From Chrysochromulina tobinii (lineage: Eukaryota), in the NCBI GenBank assembly GCA_001275005.1, contig JWZX01002605.1, positions 1-62,587 of the forward strand: 62,587 nt of DNA. The letters are read 5' to 3'. Below, piece by piece: positions 1 through 9,887 of this stretch (position 1 is the first letter of the stretch; every line of letters starts with the position of its first letter). The translations under genes and the position numbers were made by a program. A model generated the notes under the pieces. That model did no database searches, was not told the DNA's origin, and worked only from the letters and a program-made list of their open reading frames with translations.

Positions 1-490
1 AGATGGTGGGGGCGAGGGTTGTGGTGGAGATGGTGGGGGTGAAGGAGGCGGCGGAGAGGGCGGAGGCGACGGCCTAGGTGAGGGGGGCGGTGGTGCAGGT
101 GGAGGCAGAGGTGCAAAGGAGGGAGGTGGCGGTGGCAACGGCGGTGGTGACGGCGGTGGTGAGGGAGGGGGCGGAGAAGGCGGTGGCGAAGGAGGAGGAG
201 GCGATGGCGGTGGCGAGGGTGGTGGAGGAAGCGGCGGTGGCGGGGAAGGGGAAGGGGGAAGCGGCGGGGGCGAAGGAGGTGGTGGAGACGGTGGGGGTGG
301 ACACGGTGGGGGTGACGGCGGCGGCGAGGGTGGCGGCGGTGAAGGGGGTGGCAAGGGAGGTGGCGAGGGCGGTGGCGGTGAAGGAGGTGGCTTAGGTGGC
401 GAAGATGGGGGTGGTGGTGGCGGTAAAGGAGCACGCGATGGAGGCCATGGTGGCGGAGGAGTGTGCGGCGGCGGCAAGGGTGGCGGCGGC
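1..490 (-). repeat. Coding low-complexity (Pro-Pro-Ser)n tract
   Basis: GGY/GGN-rich on the + strand; encodes SPPPSPPP in the frame of the PKD/REJ-like gene. Confidence 0.9.
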
Positions 491-3400
491 GAACAAATCC
501 AAACCGGCTCAAGAAGAGAGCGCGTGCCTGCTGTCGGATCAATGGAGAGAGCCACTACCAGAGGCTCGGTGAGGTTGGTGATGCGCAGTTCCTCGCCGGT
601 CTCGCCATTGCGAAGCCGAATGTCAGCCGTGGCCGTGCCGGTGGTTTCGCCCGACTCACGGTTGAACACATCTGCTTGGAATAGGACCACAGACGTTTCC
701 AGGCTGCTGCTGCCGCCATCTTCAATCTCAGCATCCGTACGGCGCCCCCCCACGCTGCTACTCGCTGCCATGCCTTCCCGCTCGCAGCCGTATCCGGGAG
801 GCATAGTAAGGCCCCCTGTGACGCCACTGCTCAGCGCCGGCGCCTGTGACGATTTGGAAGCGTTCGCAGCGCATGGGTCGCTCTTTCCTACCGTCATAGA
901 CAGCGCTGGCGCCCCCACCTGCACGTCCGCCTCGCCGGCGAGCAGACCCTTTCCAATGATGCTCCCAAGCTGGCTCGAGATGTCGACCAGGACCAACGCG
1001 CGCTCGACATCAGCGCGCCTCGTCACCTCTTCGTCCGTTGCGTTGAACGCACCCGTGGCTGCTGTCGTATTGCTGCTTGCATTGGCGAGGGACGCATTCG
1101 AAGCCTCCACGCTCGTTGACTGCAGCCGCCGTCCGAGGCTCTCGGCCGCTTCCGCGTCCTGCAACCGTCGATAGCAGTGCTCCTGCAGCCGCCGACGCCG
1201 ACCCTCTGCGCCCGAGCTCTGTGCGAGCACGTTGCCGATGCCCGCGGCGATCGTCTGCGCTGCTCCGGGGCCCAAACCCACCTGACCGGCCCCGGCAACT
1301 AGATCGGTAAAGATCCCGGCCGCTTTCGAAAGGGTGTCGCCTCTGCATGGCCCTTCGACCACGCTGCCCGCGGCCGATGCCGTCTGCTCGATCTGGCTTG
1401 CGTCGGCAGCAGCTGAAGCGCCTGAGACCCGTTGTATGACATCCATGATGCTCCCGCGAAGAGCGAGCTGCTCCTGCGCGGCCACTTCAGGTGCAGCTCC
1501 CGTCTCCTGCTGCAGCGTCCTGCCCGTCGTCCCGTTCATGGTGCCAGCGGTGGAGGTAGCCGTCGCAGCCCGAGACGCCCGAGCGAGAACGCTGTTGAGC
1601 GCGCCGGCCAACGACGCGGCCAGGCCAACGCTGGCGGTGATGTCGCCGGAGCCCCGCGCTGCGTCCATTCGCACGATGAGATTGGCCGACACGGCAGCAT
1701 CAAGCACCACGGCATTCACGGTAAGCGACTTCCCCACAGTCGTCGAAGCACCAAAGACGTCCATCACGCGGCACAAGACTGTCCAGTTGCCCTCTTGGCC
1801 AGGCAGCCAGCGCGAGGTCGCCGCCATACTCGTCTGACCCAGCGATACCCCGCGCGTGCTGTTCGCCGCCTGCGGCCGGTATTCAAACGCATACTTTAGG
1901 GGCAGGTCCTCCGGGTCGTCTACCCACTGCCTTGCCTGCACCTCGACCGAGGTTCTCAGCGCGATTGCGGGGGTGTCGTGTATGAGTTGCAAGCCGCCGC
2001 CCCATGGCGCTCTGTTCATCAGCACTTGCATGCTTGTCCTACTTGTAGCGGTGCCCTGGTAGGTAACGGTCAACGAGAAGGTGTACCTGGCTCCGGGGAT
2101 GAGCACGTCCGGGTTCACAACCAGTCGCGGCCCGAGGAGGCCAGTGGTCGTTCCCATGCCCCCTTCGAGGCTGGCGGATGCGGGCGTCATCGACCACTCG
2201 TAGGCGAGGCACATAGTACCTCGCGGGCACACGACACCGCGTGGCACGGAGGCGACACTGATCAGCCTGAGCTTGTCGGATGGATTCTGCTTGGTCGCCG
2301 CGAGGGGCTGCATCAAAACTAGGGGCAGTGAGCCCGACTTGATCTCAATGAGAGCGATGGCGATGGCCGTCTCACCGTCGGTCTTGACAACAGTCACGCG
2401 GAACGCGTAACGTCCCGATGCCAAGGTGGAGTTGGAGATTGACCAAGCACACGACGACGGAGGCGGAAGCGCGATTCGCGCTGTGGTGCTCGCGATGGCA
2501 CCACCTGCGCCATCGGCGATGAGCCCGAAGCAGCCCAAATCGCCGTCCGGGAAGCTGAGCTCATCTCTCGCCGTCATGTTAGCGCTCAACGGCATGCAGG
2601 CGAACCGATACGAGAGGATGGCACTCACATCATCCGGATCGGAGGAAGCACACGCGTCGATCACGAAGGGATCGTCGTCGCCCACGGACCGATCGCCCCC
2701 GGCAATAAGCGCCTGCAGCGGCTCGTTGCGCAGCATGACGTCGACTGAGTAGGCGCCACACGTGGCGTTCGATCCGCGCATGCATCCGCTCAACTGCAGC
2801 CTGTACCGAATGCCCTGCGTGAACGTGTGGGCCAGGAGGAAGAGGTCGCGCTGCATGCGCGAGACTGGGTCCAGAGCGAGCGGCGCTGCATTCAACTCGA
2901 GGGGCACCATGCTTGTCGCGCTGTAGCTTGCAATATGAGCCCAGGTGAAGTCAATGGCGGCGGAAGAGCTATCCGACGAGGCGAAGCACTCGGCGATCGA
3001 CGCTTTGCCCTGGAGCGCCGTGCGAGGTGCCGAGACGGGTAGCTGGAGCAGTGGTGGCGCTTGGATCGTCAGCAGCGGCACGGGCAGCGCGGCGCGCGTG
3101 ACGATGATAGTGTAGGGCGTGCTAGACGAGCCCAGGAAGCTCCTGACGATCAGACTGATCTCAAACTGGTTGCCACCGTCGAGCTCCGCTCCCGTGAGTT
3201 CCACAGTTTGCTGCTGCTGCTGCTGCTGGTCGGCGCTATTGAGAGTGCTCAGGCGCGACGAGATTGCGTAGTAATTGTCGCACGTGCGCGGCGAGGCGCT
3301 CCACTGAAAGAGAAGCGGGCGCACGCCGCCGCCTGAGCTTCTCGTGGCATCTAGCGTGAGCGAGGTGCCTGGACAGGACGAGATCTCATTTGGAGCTTGC

Positions 3401-6400
3401 ACGAGCGCAGTGGGCGTGACGCATGCATCTCGAGCCGTGGTGTCGCGCCGATCGCACGGAAAGAAGGCATCGACGTCCAAGGCCTGGGCGGGGGTGCACT
3501 TGCTGTCGGGCTCGTTGCAGCTGCCCGTGTAGGAGCGCGGCCACAGCACATTGGCTCGCACGCCCACGCGCATGCCCGCGCTCGCATTCGTATAGAGCGT
3601 GAGCTGCGCGAACATCGTCGAGTCGTCGACCCAATCGCAGAGCGCGTCGGCCAATGCCGAGCCGCGCAGCTGCATCGACGTGGCGTCGTCAAGTACCATA
3701 GAGCACGGCCCTAGGCCGTTCATGAGCCCGCGGTTTGTCGGCTGTGAGTCGAAGCGCACATTGAGCTTCGTGCCCGCCTGGTCGAAGAACACTTCAAGCA
3801 GTGCTGGCGGGTGCAAGCCAACGAAGGTGAACTGCGGCACGTCGGCGTTGGTGGCCTGGGCGCTGCCTCCAAACTCCGTGAGGCGCGTGACAAAGGTGGC
3901 GCCATTGAGGGCGAGCGAGACGGGCCGCGCACCATTTGGGCCCCACGTGGTGTTGCACACAACAGAGGTGTCAGAGTGCGCCAAGGGGGGCTGCCTCTGC
4001 ACCTCCGAGCCAAAGCGGCAGCGCATGAAGGACGCGCGGATCGGGTACTCGGGGGCAAGCGATGAGAAGCCCATTCCACTGATGGTGATGGTGGTGCCGC
4101 CCTGTGCACCCCCCTGAGTGGGCATGATGGTCGCAAAGTAGGGCGGGATGTAGTAGTTGAACTGGATCCAGTCTGTGCTGAACGTGCTCGGAGAGCCCGC
4201 GTTGAGAGAGACGGCGACGTTGACACGCCCGGGATTCTGCCGCGCTGGAATCTCACAGAGAATCCTGCCGCTGTCAAGTCGCACGGCCGGCACGAGCGTA
4301 GCGCCACCGACACGGCACGTCAGCTGCCCCTCGCCATACACTGCGAAGCCACTGCCCACGACCGTTACACTCGTGCTCGTACCAGTGACGCCCCCCGGCG
4401 GCACCAAGGCCATCACCCGCACGGCCGTGAGGTCGTACTCTGTGAACTCGGGGTCACTGCCGTAGAGGGTTGGCTCCGGGTCGAGCCCGTTTTGCAGCAC
4501 TTGCACCGTCCACGTGCCCGCGGTACCAGACGCAGGTGTGGGGCAGCGCACCAGCGTGGAACTCACGGTCGTGAGAGATGTAAACACAATCGAGGATGGC
4601 AGCGGAGGCGGCAGCAGCACAGGCGGCACCGCACGCTGCCGCGCGAATCGGCACACGCTACCCACAAGTGCTGGATAAACAAAGCCAGCACCGACGACCT
4701 GGAGCGTGACGGAGCTGATGGCGGGGGCCCCGCTCACGGCCAGGCTGTTGACTTGCGAGTTGTACGTCTTGAACATCACAGAGGAGGAGTTAGAGGAGGC
4801 TGAGGAGAAGCATTGACCATTGGGTGAGAAGGTCACGGCATAGTCGCCCACCGCTGCGCGCTCCGAGTCGGGGAAGCGGGGCTTGCGGCAGACGGCATGC
4901 GTGTCGTTGATCAAAAAGCCGCCAGTGCCCACCCACCCACCAACTCGGCATCGAACCGCCCCCCAGTCGGCGCCCGTGAAGGTGCCCGTGATGGCTAGGT
5001 CAGACTCGCGATTGTACGCACCACCGTTAGGCCATAGAGTCTGAATTCTATAGTTGGAGGGGTCAAAGACGCCAAAGCTAGGGAAGGACAGTGGGTGGCC
5101 AGCAGTGAAGGCGCCCATGCTGATCTTGAGCGGTAGAGTGCCGACGGCCGTCGGAGCGGGGCTTGTACAGGTGATCGTGGTGTCGTTGATGATGGTGGCC
5201 GCAGAAGAAGGCGCTCCCGTGAAGGCGCACGTGAGAGCACTAGCCGGCGTCAATGCCCACGACACCCCGCCATCGGCGCTCGAATTCAGCTGCATGCCGT
5301 CGAAGCCGGCGCCAGTGATGGTGAGGTTGCTCACGCAGCCGATGCCCGTCCCCCAGGGCAACACGCTGTCGTAGCGCACGACAGCCACGCGGATCCGCCT
5401 GAACAAGAGGAAGGGCGTCGGCGTTGCGACCCCCGCCGAGGACTGGGCGTAGTTGAACTTGTAGCAAAGCAGGTGTGTACCGACAGGGGCGTTGATGAAG
5501 CTGAAGAGCGCCGCCACGCCGTCGCCCACCGTTTGCATCTCGTTCGTGCGGGTCACGTCAAAGCGGGAGTCGCAGCTCGTGGCGTCCTGGCGCACCCACT
5601 TGGCCTTATCGCCCCATTGCACATTGGTCCCGATTAGGGTGATGAGGGCCGAGTTGCCGGTGACCACCACGGACAGCGGTGGGGATATGATGGAGCTCGG
5701 AGGTGGCGCAGGCGGCGGATAGGGCGGAGTAGGGGGCGAGGGGGATGGCGAAGGCCGTGGCGACGGCGGGGGTCGGATGACCGGTGGCGGTGACGGCGGA
5801 GGGTCCCGGTCCCAAGGCGGAAAGGGCGGCGGCCTGGCAGGAGGTGGGCGACCTGGGGGTGGAATCCGGGGTGGCGGTTTCGATGGTGGTGGAGGCGAGG
5901 GCGGCGGCACCGATGGTGGATCGGTGGGCGGCGGCGTTGGAGGCGGCGACGGCGGTGGCGGCGATGGGGCACGGATCAGGACGGCCACCTGCACTGCTGC
6001 ACTCACAAGCTGCACAGAGATCTGAAGCGTGGAGGCAAGAGACGCGGTGAAGCTCGGGCTGTTGATGGTCGCAATCAACTGGCTGACAGTCACCCCGGCA
6101 GTGGCGTTGGGTATCACCTCGAACGCGGCTACGCCCGTTACATTGTCAAAGGACCGCAGGACCAGCTGGCTTGGGGAGATGGAAGGCAGGGCGCCGAGGA
6201 TAGCCATACGCACACTAGACGGATTCAGGGCAATGCCCTGCTGCAACCGCCTCCTTGAGCCCGTTACCAACCGAACGGAAGCGCGGACGCGCCGCTCAGT
6301 GGTCGCGCCAGGCCCATTAGGCGGCGGCATGGCCGGCGGCGGGTCCGGTGGCGGCGATGGGGTTGGGGGGGACGGGTTGGGCGACGGGGGCGGTGGCCGA

Positions 6401-7479
6401 AACGGTAGCGTCGCAGGGGTGGGCGGAGGTGAAGGTGGTGGCGGTGAGGGCGAAGGCGATGGCGGTGGAGGGGAGGGCGGTGGAGGAGAGGGGGGTGGGG
6501 TTGTTGACGGCGATGGGGATGACTCGGCTGACGGTGAGGGCGACGAGCAGTGAGCGTAGGGGGTGCACTGCTGACAAAATGGCGGCGCGTTGTCGCAGGC
6601 CGCGTCCCGCGAGGCCGCGAGGCAGTACGCGTACGGCGCGCAGAGCTCCACGCACCCGGTGGGCATCATTGAGCAGTTGGCCAGGTCGGGCGACGGGAAT
6701 GGGTCGGGCGATGGAGATGGGTCAAGCGCGGTGCTGCGGCGCACGCCGCAGTCTGCGCAGTCGGTGCCGTACTGGCAAGCAGTGTACTCGGCGCCGGGGC
6801 CGCCGTCGTCGCAGAGGCCATCCGATGCGAAACCTGGCTGTGCGCCTGCTGGCAGGCCGATGCACGTTTCGGCGCACAGGCTGCCCGGTGCCAAAGGAGG
6901 GGGCGGTGGCGCAGGCGGCAAACGGGGAGGCGAGGGAGATGCGGGTGGCGACAGCGGGCAGGCTGCTACCGGAGACGTAAGGCACACACTGCCAGGCCCC
7001 ATGTTGCCGACGGCACCAGTGTCCCATGCTAGCACCCAAGTACCATTCACCAAATATTTGACATGGAACGCTTTGACCGTGTTCCCATGCACCCCGTCAT
7101 ATTGGGTGGCGCAGAGATTTGTGACAGCGGCTGGCGCTGAAAGATTGAAGCTCACCCACCCGCCGATTTTATGAACGCACGTCTGCCATGGTGTTGACGA
7201 ATCGCCGTCGAACGCACGTGCTCCCGAGTTGATTGTCTCGTACCCCGGCCGGGTGCAATTGTCGCCTGAATACGTGAGGTTAAGCCCCTTCGTCCCTTCG
7301 AATGCCATGAACTCGTACACGTAGGCTTCCCACGAATTGTACTCCTGACTGATCTCTAGCCGCCACTGCGTTGCCCTGGGCACGCATGCACGGGTCCATT
7401 CGATCGCAAGCAGCATTAAAATGGTACGTAAGCTGAAGCGCAAGCCGAAATCGCAGCGCATGGACTGCACTGCCGCCAT
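1..7479 (-). CDS. Large PKD/REJ-like (polycystin-1-like) extracellular protein, 3' end outside the window (>2,490 aa)
   Basis: ATG at 7479 (MAAVQSMRCDFGLRFSLRTILMLLAIEW, signal-like). Spot translation keeps the same frame to base 1 (..PPPS), and the ORF track lists no closed ORF in this frame, consistent with a frame open to the edge. Domains seen: discoidin/F5-8C-like (AFDGDSSTPW..GWVSFNL), CDDGGPGAEY..GTDCADCG motif, SPPP linkers, IPT/TIG repeats (~4000-5400), REJ-like region (WVDDPEDLPLKYAFEY, GRYAFRVTV) and a GAIN-like ITNLTEPLVVAL before a Pro-rich tract. Confidence 0.8.
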   Translation of the reverse strand, partial: MAAVQSMRCDFGLRFSLRTILMLLAIEWTRACVPRATQWRLEISQEYNSWEAYVYEFMAFEGTKGLNLTYSGDNCTRPGYETINSGARAFDGDSSTPWQTCVHKIGGWVSFNLSAPAAVTNLCATQYDGVHGNTVKAFHVKYLVNGTWVLAWDTGAVGNMGPGSVCLTSPVAACPLSPPASPSPPRLPPAPPPPPLAPGSLCAETCIGLPAGAQPGFASDGLCDDGGPGAEYTACQYGTDCADCGVRRSTALDPSPSPDPFPSPDLANCSMMPTGCVELCAPYAYCLAASRDAACDNAPPFCQQCTPYAHCSSPSPSAESSPSPSTTPPPSPPPPSPPPPSPSPSPPPPSPPPTPATLPFRPPPPSPNPSPPTPSPPPDPPPAMPPPNGPGATTERRVRASVRLVTGSRRRLQQGIALNPSSVRMAILGALPSISPSQLVLRSFDNVTGVAAFEVIPNATAGVTVSQLIATINSPSFTASLASTLQISVQLVSAAVQVAVLIRAPSPPPPSPPPTPPPTDPPSVPPPSPPPPSKPPPRIPPPGRPPPARPPPFPPWDRDPPPSPPPVIRPPPSPRPSPSPSPPTPPYPPPAPPPSSIISPPLSVVVTGNSALITLIGTNVQWGDKAKWVRQDATSCDSRFDVTRTNEMQTVGDGVAALFSFINAPVGTHLLCYKFNYAQSSAGVATPTPFLLFRRIRVAVVRYDSVLPWGTGIGCVSNLTITGAGFDGMQLNSSADGGVSWALTPASALTCAFTGAPSSAATIINDTTITCTSPAPTAVGTLPLKISMGAFTAGHPLSFPSFGVFDPSNYRIQTLWPNGGAYNRESDLAITGTFTGADWGAVRCRVGGWVGTGGFLINDTHAVCRKPRFPDSERAAVGDYAVTFSPNGQCFSSASSNSSSVMFKTYNSQVNSLAVSGAPAISSVTLQVVGAGFVYPALVGSVCRFARQRAVPPVLLPPPLPSSIVFTSLTTVSSTLVRCPTPASGTAGTWTVQVLQNGLDPEPTLYGSDPEFTEYDLTAVRVMALVPPGGVTGTSTSVTVVGSGFAVYGEGQLTCRVGGATLVPAVRLDSGRILCEIPARQNPGRVNVAVSLNAGSPSTFSTDWIQFNYYIPPYFATIMPTQGGAQGGTTITISGMGFSSLAPEYPIRASFMRCRFGSEVQRQPPLAHSDTSVVCNTTWGPNGARPVSLALNGATFVTRLTEFGGSAQATNADVPQFTFVGLHPPALLEVFFDQAGTKLNVRFDSQPTNRGLMNGLGPCSMVLDDATSMQLRGSALADALCDWVDDSTMFAQLTLYTNASAGMRVGVRANVLWPRSYTGSCNEPDSKCTPAQALDVDAFFPCDRRDTTARDACVTPTALVQAPNEISSCPGTSLTLDATRSSGGGVRPLLFQWSASPRTCDNYYAISSRLSTLNSADQQQQQQQTVELTGAELDGGNQFEISLIVRSFLGSSSTPYTIIVTRAALPVPLLTIQAPPLLQLPVSAPRTALQGKASIAECFASSDSSSAAIDFTWAHIASYSATSMVPLELNAAPLALDPVSRMQRDLFLLAHTFTQGIRYRLQLSGCMRGSNATCGAYSVDVMLRNEPLQALIAGGDRSVGDDDPFVIDACASSDPDDVSAILSYRFACMPLSANMTARDELSFPDGDLGCFGLIADGAGGAIASTTARIALPPPSSCAWSISNSTLASGRYAFRVTVVKTDGETAIAIALIEIKSGSLPLVLMQPLAATKQNPSDKLRLISVASVPRGVVCPRGTMCLAYEWSMTPASASLEGGMGTTTGLLGPRLVVNPDVLIPGARYTFSLTVTYQGTATSRTSMQVLMNRAPWGGGLQLIHDTPAIALRTSVEVQARQWVDDPEDLPLKYAFEYRPQAANSTRGVSLGQTSMAATSRWLPGQEGNWTVLCRVMDVFGASTTVGKSLTVNAVVLDAAVSANLIVRMDAARGSGDITASVGLAASLAGALNSVLARASRAATATSTAGTMNGTTGRTLQQETGAAPEVAAQEQLALRGSIMDVIQRVSGASAAADASQIEQTASAAGSVVEGPCRGDTLSKAAGIFTDLVAGAGQVGLGPGAAQTIAAGIGNVLAQSSGAEGRRRRLQEHCYRRLQDAEAAESLGRRLQSTSVEASNASLANASSNTTAATGAFNATDEEVTRRADVERALVLVDISSQLGSIIGKGLLAGEADVQVGAPALSMTVGKSDPCAANASKSSQAPALSSGVTGGLTMPPGYGCEREGMAASSSVGGRRTDAEIEDGGSSSLETSVVLFQADVFNRESGETTGTATADIRLRNGETGEELRITNLTEPLVVALSIDPTAGTRSLLEPVWICSPPPPLPPPHTPPPPWPPSRAPLPPPPPPSSPPKPPPSPPPPSPPPLPPPSPPPPSPPPSPPPCPPPPSPPPPSPPPLPPSPSPPPPLPPPPSPPPSPPPPSPPPSPPPPSPPPSPPPLPPPPPSFAPLPPPAPPPPSPRPSPPPSPPPPSPPPSPPQPSPPPS

Positions 7480-7745
7480 TTTGCTGCTGCCGATGAGCTG
7501 GGTCTCTGTCCTCGCGCGCGCCTTCTCGTCGTGACAAATGGCTTCCCGAAGCACAAGTCGCAACCGCCACCTCCTTGATGCAACTGGCAGGGACCGGTCC
7601 TACACGCATGCTGATTGAAGCAATCATCTAGAGAGATGATTACAATGTATTTCGGAACTCGTTCGCCCTCTGCCGCGCAAGGAGCTCGATATCTCTGGTT
7701 AAGGGTTATTCACACCGCATTCGCCTTAAAGATTGCAACTCTAGC

Positions 7746-9335
7746 ATGCATTCACGAGTGCGTGAACGTCGCAAAACGAAGATGAGCACCGATCTGAGCA
7801 ACCACACTGAAGGGCACGGCGGGCCGAAGCACAACGCGGTCGGCGAGGAGGTGCTACTAGGCCTCGAAGCAGCGCAAGGAAATGCTGACACACCAAGCTA
7901 TCTCGCGGCCATGCTCTACGAAGGACACGGCGGACCCAAGGACGAGGCCGAGTTGCGGCGGCTGTATGGCCTCGCGGCCGCGCAGGGGCACGCAGACGCG
8001 CAGTGCCGCCTCGCTGATATGTTCTACGATGGGCAGGGCGGACCCAAGGACGAGGTGGAGGCGCGGCGGCTGTATGGCCTCGCGGCCGCGCAGGGGCACG
8101 CTGGTGCGCAGAGCGGCCTCGCTAGCATGCTCTACACAGGGCGTGGCGGACCCAAGGACGAGGTGGAGGCGCGGCGGCAGTATGGCCTCGCGGCCGCGCA
8201 GGGGCACGCTGGTGCGCAGAGCGGCCTCGCTAGCATGCTCTACACAGGGCGTGGCGGACCAAAGGACGAGGTGGAGGCGCGGCGGCAGTATGGCCTCGCG
8301 GCCGCGCAGGGGCTCGCTGAAGCGCAGATCCGCCTCGCTCTCATGCTCGTCTTAGGGCTCGGCGGACCCAAGGATGAGGTGGAGGCGCGGCGGTTGCTTG
8401 GCCTCGCGGCTGCGCAGGGTGATGCTGAAGCGCAGTGCAGTCTCGCTGGCATGCTCTTCAACGGGAGTTGCGGACCCAAGGATGAGGTGGAGGCGCGGCG
8501 GCTGCTTGGCCTCGCGGCCGCGCAGGGGCACGCTGGTGCACAGGCCCTCGTCGCTCGAATGCACAACGCCGCGCATGGCAGACCAAAGCTCGAGGCCGAA
8601 GCGCAGCGGCCGCGTGTGACGAAAGGCAAAGCACGCAAAGGTGCATCCGAGAACGCTACGGCTCAGGTCGAGGACGCTGCTGCGCTGGCGGCCGCGGCAG
8701 CGCGCGCGGATGCGGCAATGGCAGAGCTGCTGACTGAAGAGGAGAGCGAGGCTGAGAAGGCGCGGAGCAAGAAGGGCAAGGCCAAGGCCAAGAAGAAGGC
8801 TGGCGCTCCTACAGAGGCGTCAGCCAACGCCAGCGTGGAGCACGCTGTAGAGGTGAACGCCGCTGCGGTATTAGGCGGCGCGAAGACGAAGGCGAAGGCA
8901 CAGGCCGGGGCAAAGGCGGCGACCGTGGCTGAGGCTGAGGCAAAAGCGAGGGCCGCGGCACGAGCGGAGGCGGAGGCCAAGGCCGCCCAGGCGGAGGCAG
9001 AAGAGCACGCTCGCAACCAGGCGGAGCAAGAAGCTAAGGCGTCTGCAGCAAAGGCGCACGCTGCAAAGGAGGCCGCAGCGGCGGAGGAGCCGCCCGACGA
9101 CTTCATCTGCCCGATCACGCACAACCTCATGATCGACCCGGTCTCGGCTGCGGACGGCCACATGTACGAGCGGCGTGCGATCGAGGAGTGGCTCGTCGGC
9201 CACTCGACCAGCCCGATGACGGGCGCCGAGCTCGAGTTCAAGATGCTCTTCCCCAATCACACCGTGCGTAGGCAGATCCGCACGTGGCAGGAGGCGCAGC
9301 GGTGCCGCCCAGCTGGTCCAGCAGCACGCCCGTAG
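7746..9335 (+). CDS. SEL1-repeat U-box E3 ubiquitin ligase (copy 1)
   Basis: Six 36-aa SEL1 repeats (GxAxAQxxLAxMxxxGxGGPKDEVEARRLxGLAAAQ) plus a degenerate N-terminal one, an Ala/Lys/Glu-rich linker, and a C-terminal U-box (PDDFICPITHNLMIDPV..DGHMYERRAIEEW..SPMTG..LFPNHTVR). Confidence 0.92.
   Translation: MHSRVRERRKTKMSTDLSNHTEGHGGPKHNAVGEEVLLGLEAAQGNADTPSYLAAMLYEGHGGPKDEAELRRLYGLAAAQGHADAQCRLADMFYDGQGGPKDEVEARRLYGLAAAQGHAGAQSGLASMLYTGRGGPKDEVEARRQYGLAAAQGHAGAQSGLASMLYTGRGGPKDEVEARRQYGLAAAQGLAEAQIRLALMLVLGLGGPKDEVEARRLLGLAAAQGDAEAQCSLAGMLFNGSCGPKDEVEARRLLGLAAAQGHAGAQALVARMHNAAHGRPKLEAEAQRPRVTKGKARKGASENATAQVEDAAALAAAAARADAAMAELLTEEESEAEKARSKKGKAKAKKKAGAPTEASANASVEHAVEVNAAAVLGGAKTKAKAQAGAKAATVAEAEAKARAAARAEAEAKAAQAEAEEHARNQAEQEAKASAAKAHAAKEAAAAEEPPDDFICPITHNLMIDPVSAADGHMYERRAIEEWLVGHSTSPMTGAELEFKMLFPNHTVRRQIRTWQEAQRCRPAGPAARP
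7878..8525 (+). repeat. 108-bp coding tandem repeat x6 (SEL1)
   Basis: Recurring core GGACCCAAGGACGAGGTGGAGGCGCGGCGG..GGCCTCGCGGCCGCGCAGGGG; units 3 and 4 are identical at the protein level. Confidence 0.95.
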
Positions 9336-9887
9336 CGCCACTGCACAGGCCGCGGGGCAAGTTGGTGGAAGAGACTCGCGCTCCACCTTAAGAGTGTAGT
9401 AACGTCGGAGAGCTCGTAGTAGAGAGCTCGGCGAGCGACGCAGAGCCAGAGGCTGGGCGCACTGCCAGAGGCGTGGGGAGCGAGGCATAGGACTTGAGAG
9501 CTCGACAGAGCATGAGTTTGAGCAGTTACGAGTTGGCTCGTGACGCCACTCAATGCGCCAAGAGCGACAGCGCGCGCCCGGCAGTGATGTCGAGGTGCTC
9601 CCTGACGTGCTACCCGAGGACGATCGCGCGCGCGCGCGCTGTCGCGCGTTTTGCGGTTGGTTGAAACGGGAGGCGCGTTTTTGATGGATCGTGTTTGTTT
9701 GTTGTACGTGCCGTGCTACGCTAGCGTATTAGCGACATGCGTAGCCGAGCGGCTAGAGCAAGAGTTGAACAGCGCAAATACCAAATTACAGAATACCTAC
9801 AAATTACACTTCGCTTAGAGTTTGCAATTTCGTGTGCGCACAGGCGGAGCTCCCACACGCACGGTGTGCTCCCTCAGTCTCGGCTCC

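Noticed and set aside
7878..8525. CRISPR-like alternation of constant and variable segments (also 31782-32756)
   Set aside because: The period is 108 bp, in frame, and translates to SEL1 repeats; the variable parts are homologous to each other; eukaryotic context with no cas genes.
9564..9645. 14-bp inverted repeat GCGACAGCGCGCGC
   Set aside because: Mostly a self-complementary CG run; no TSD or other element features.
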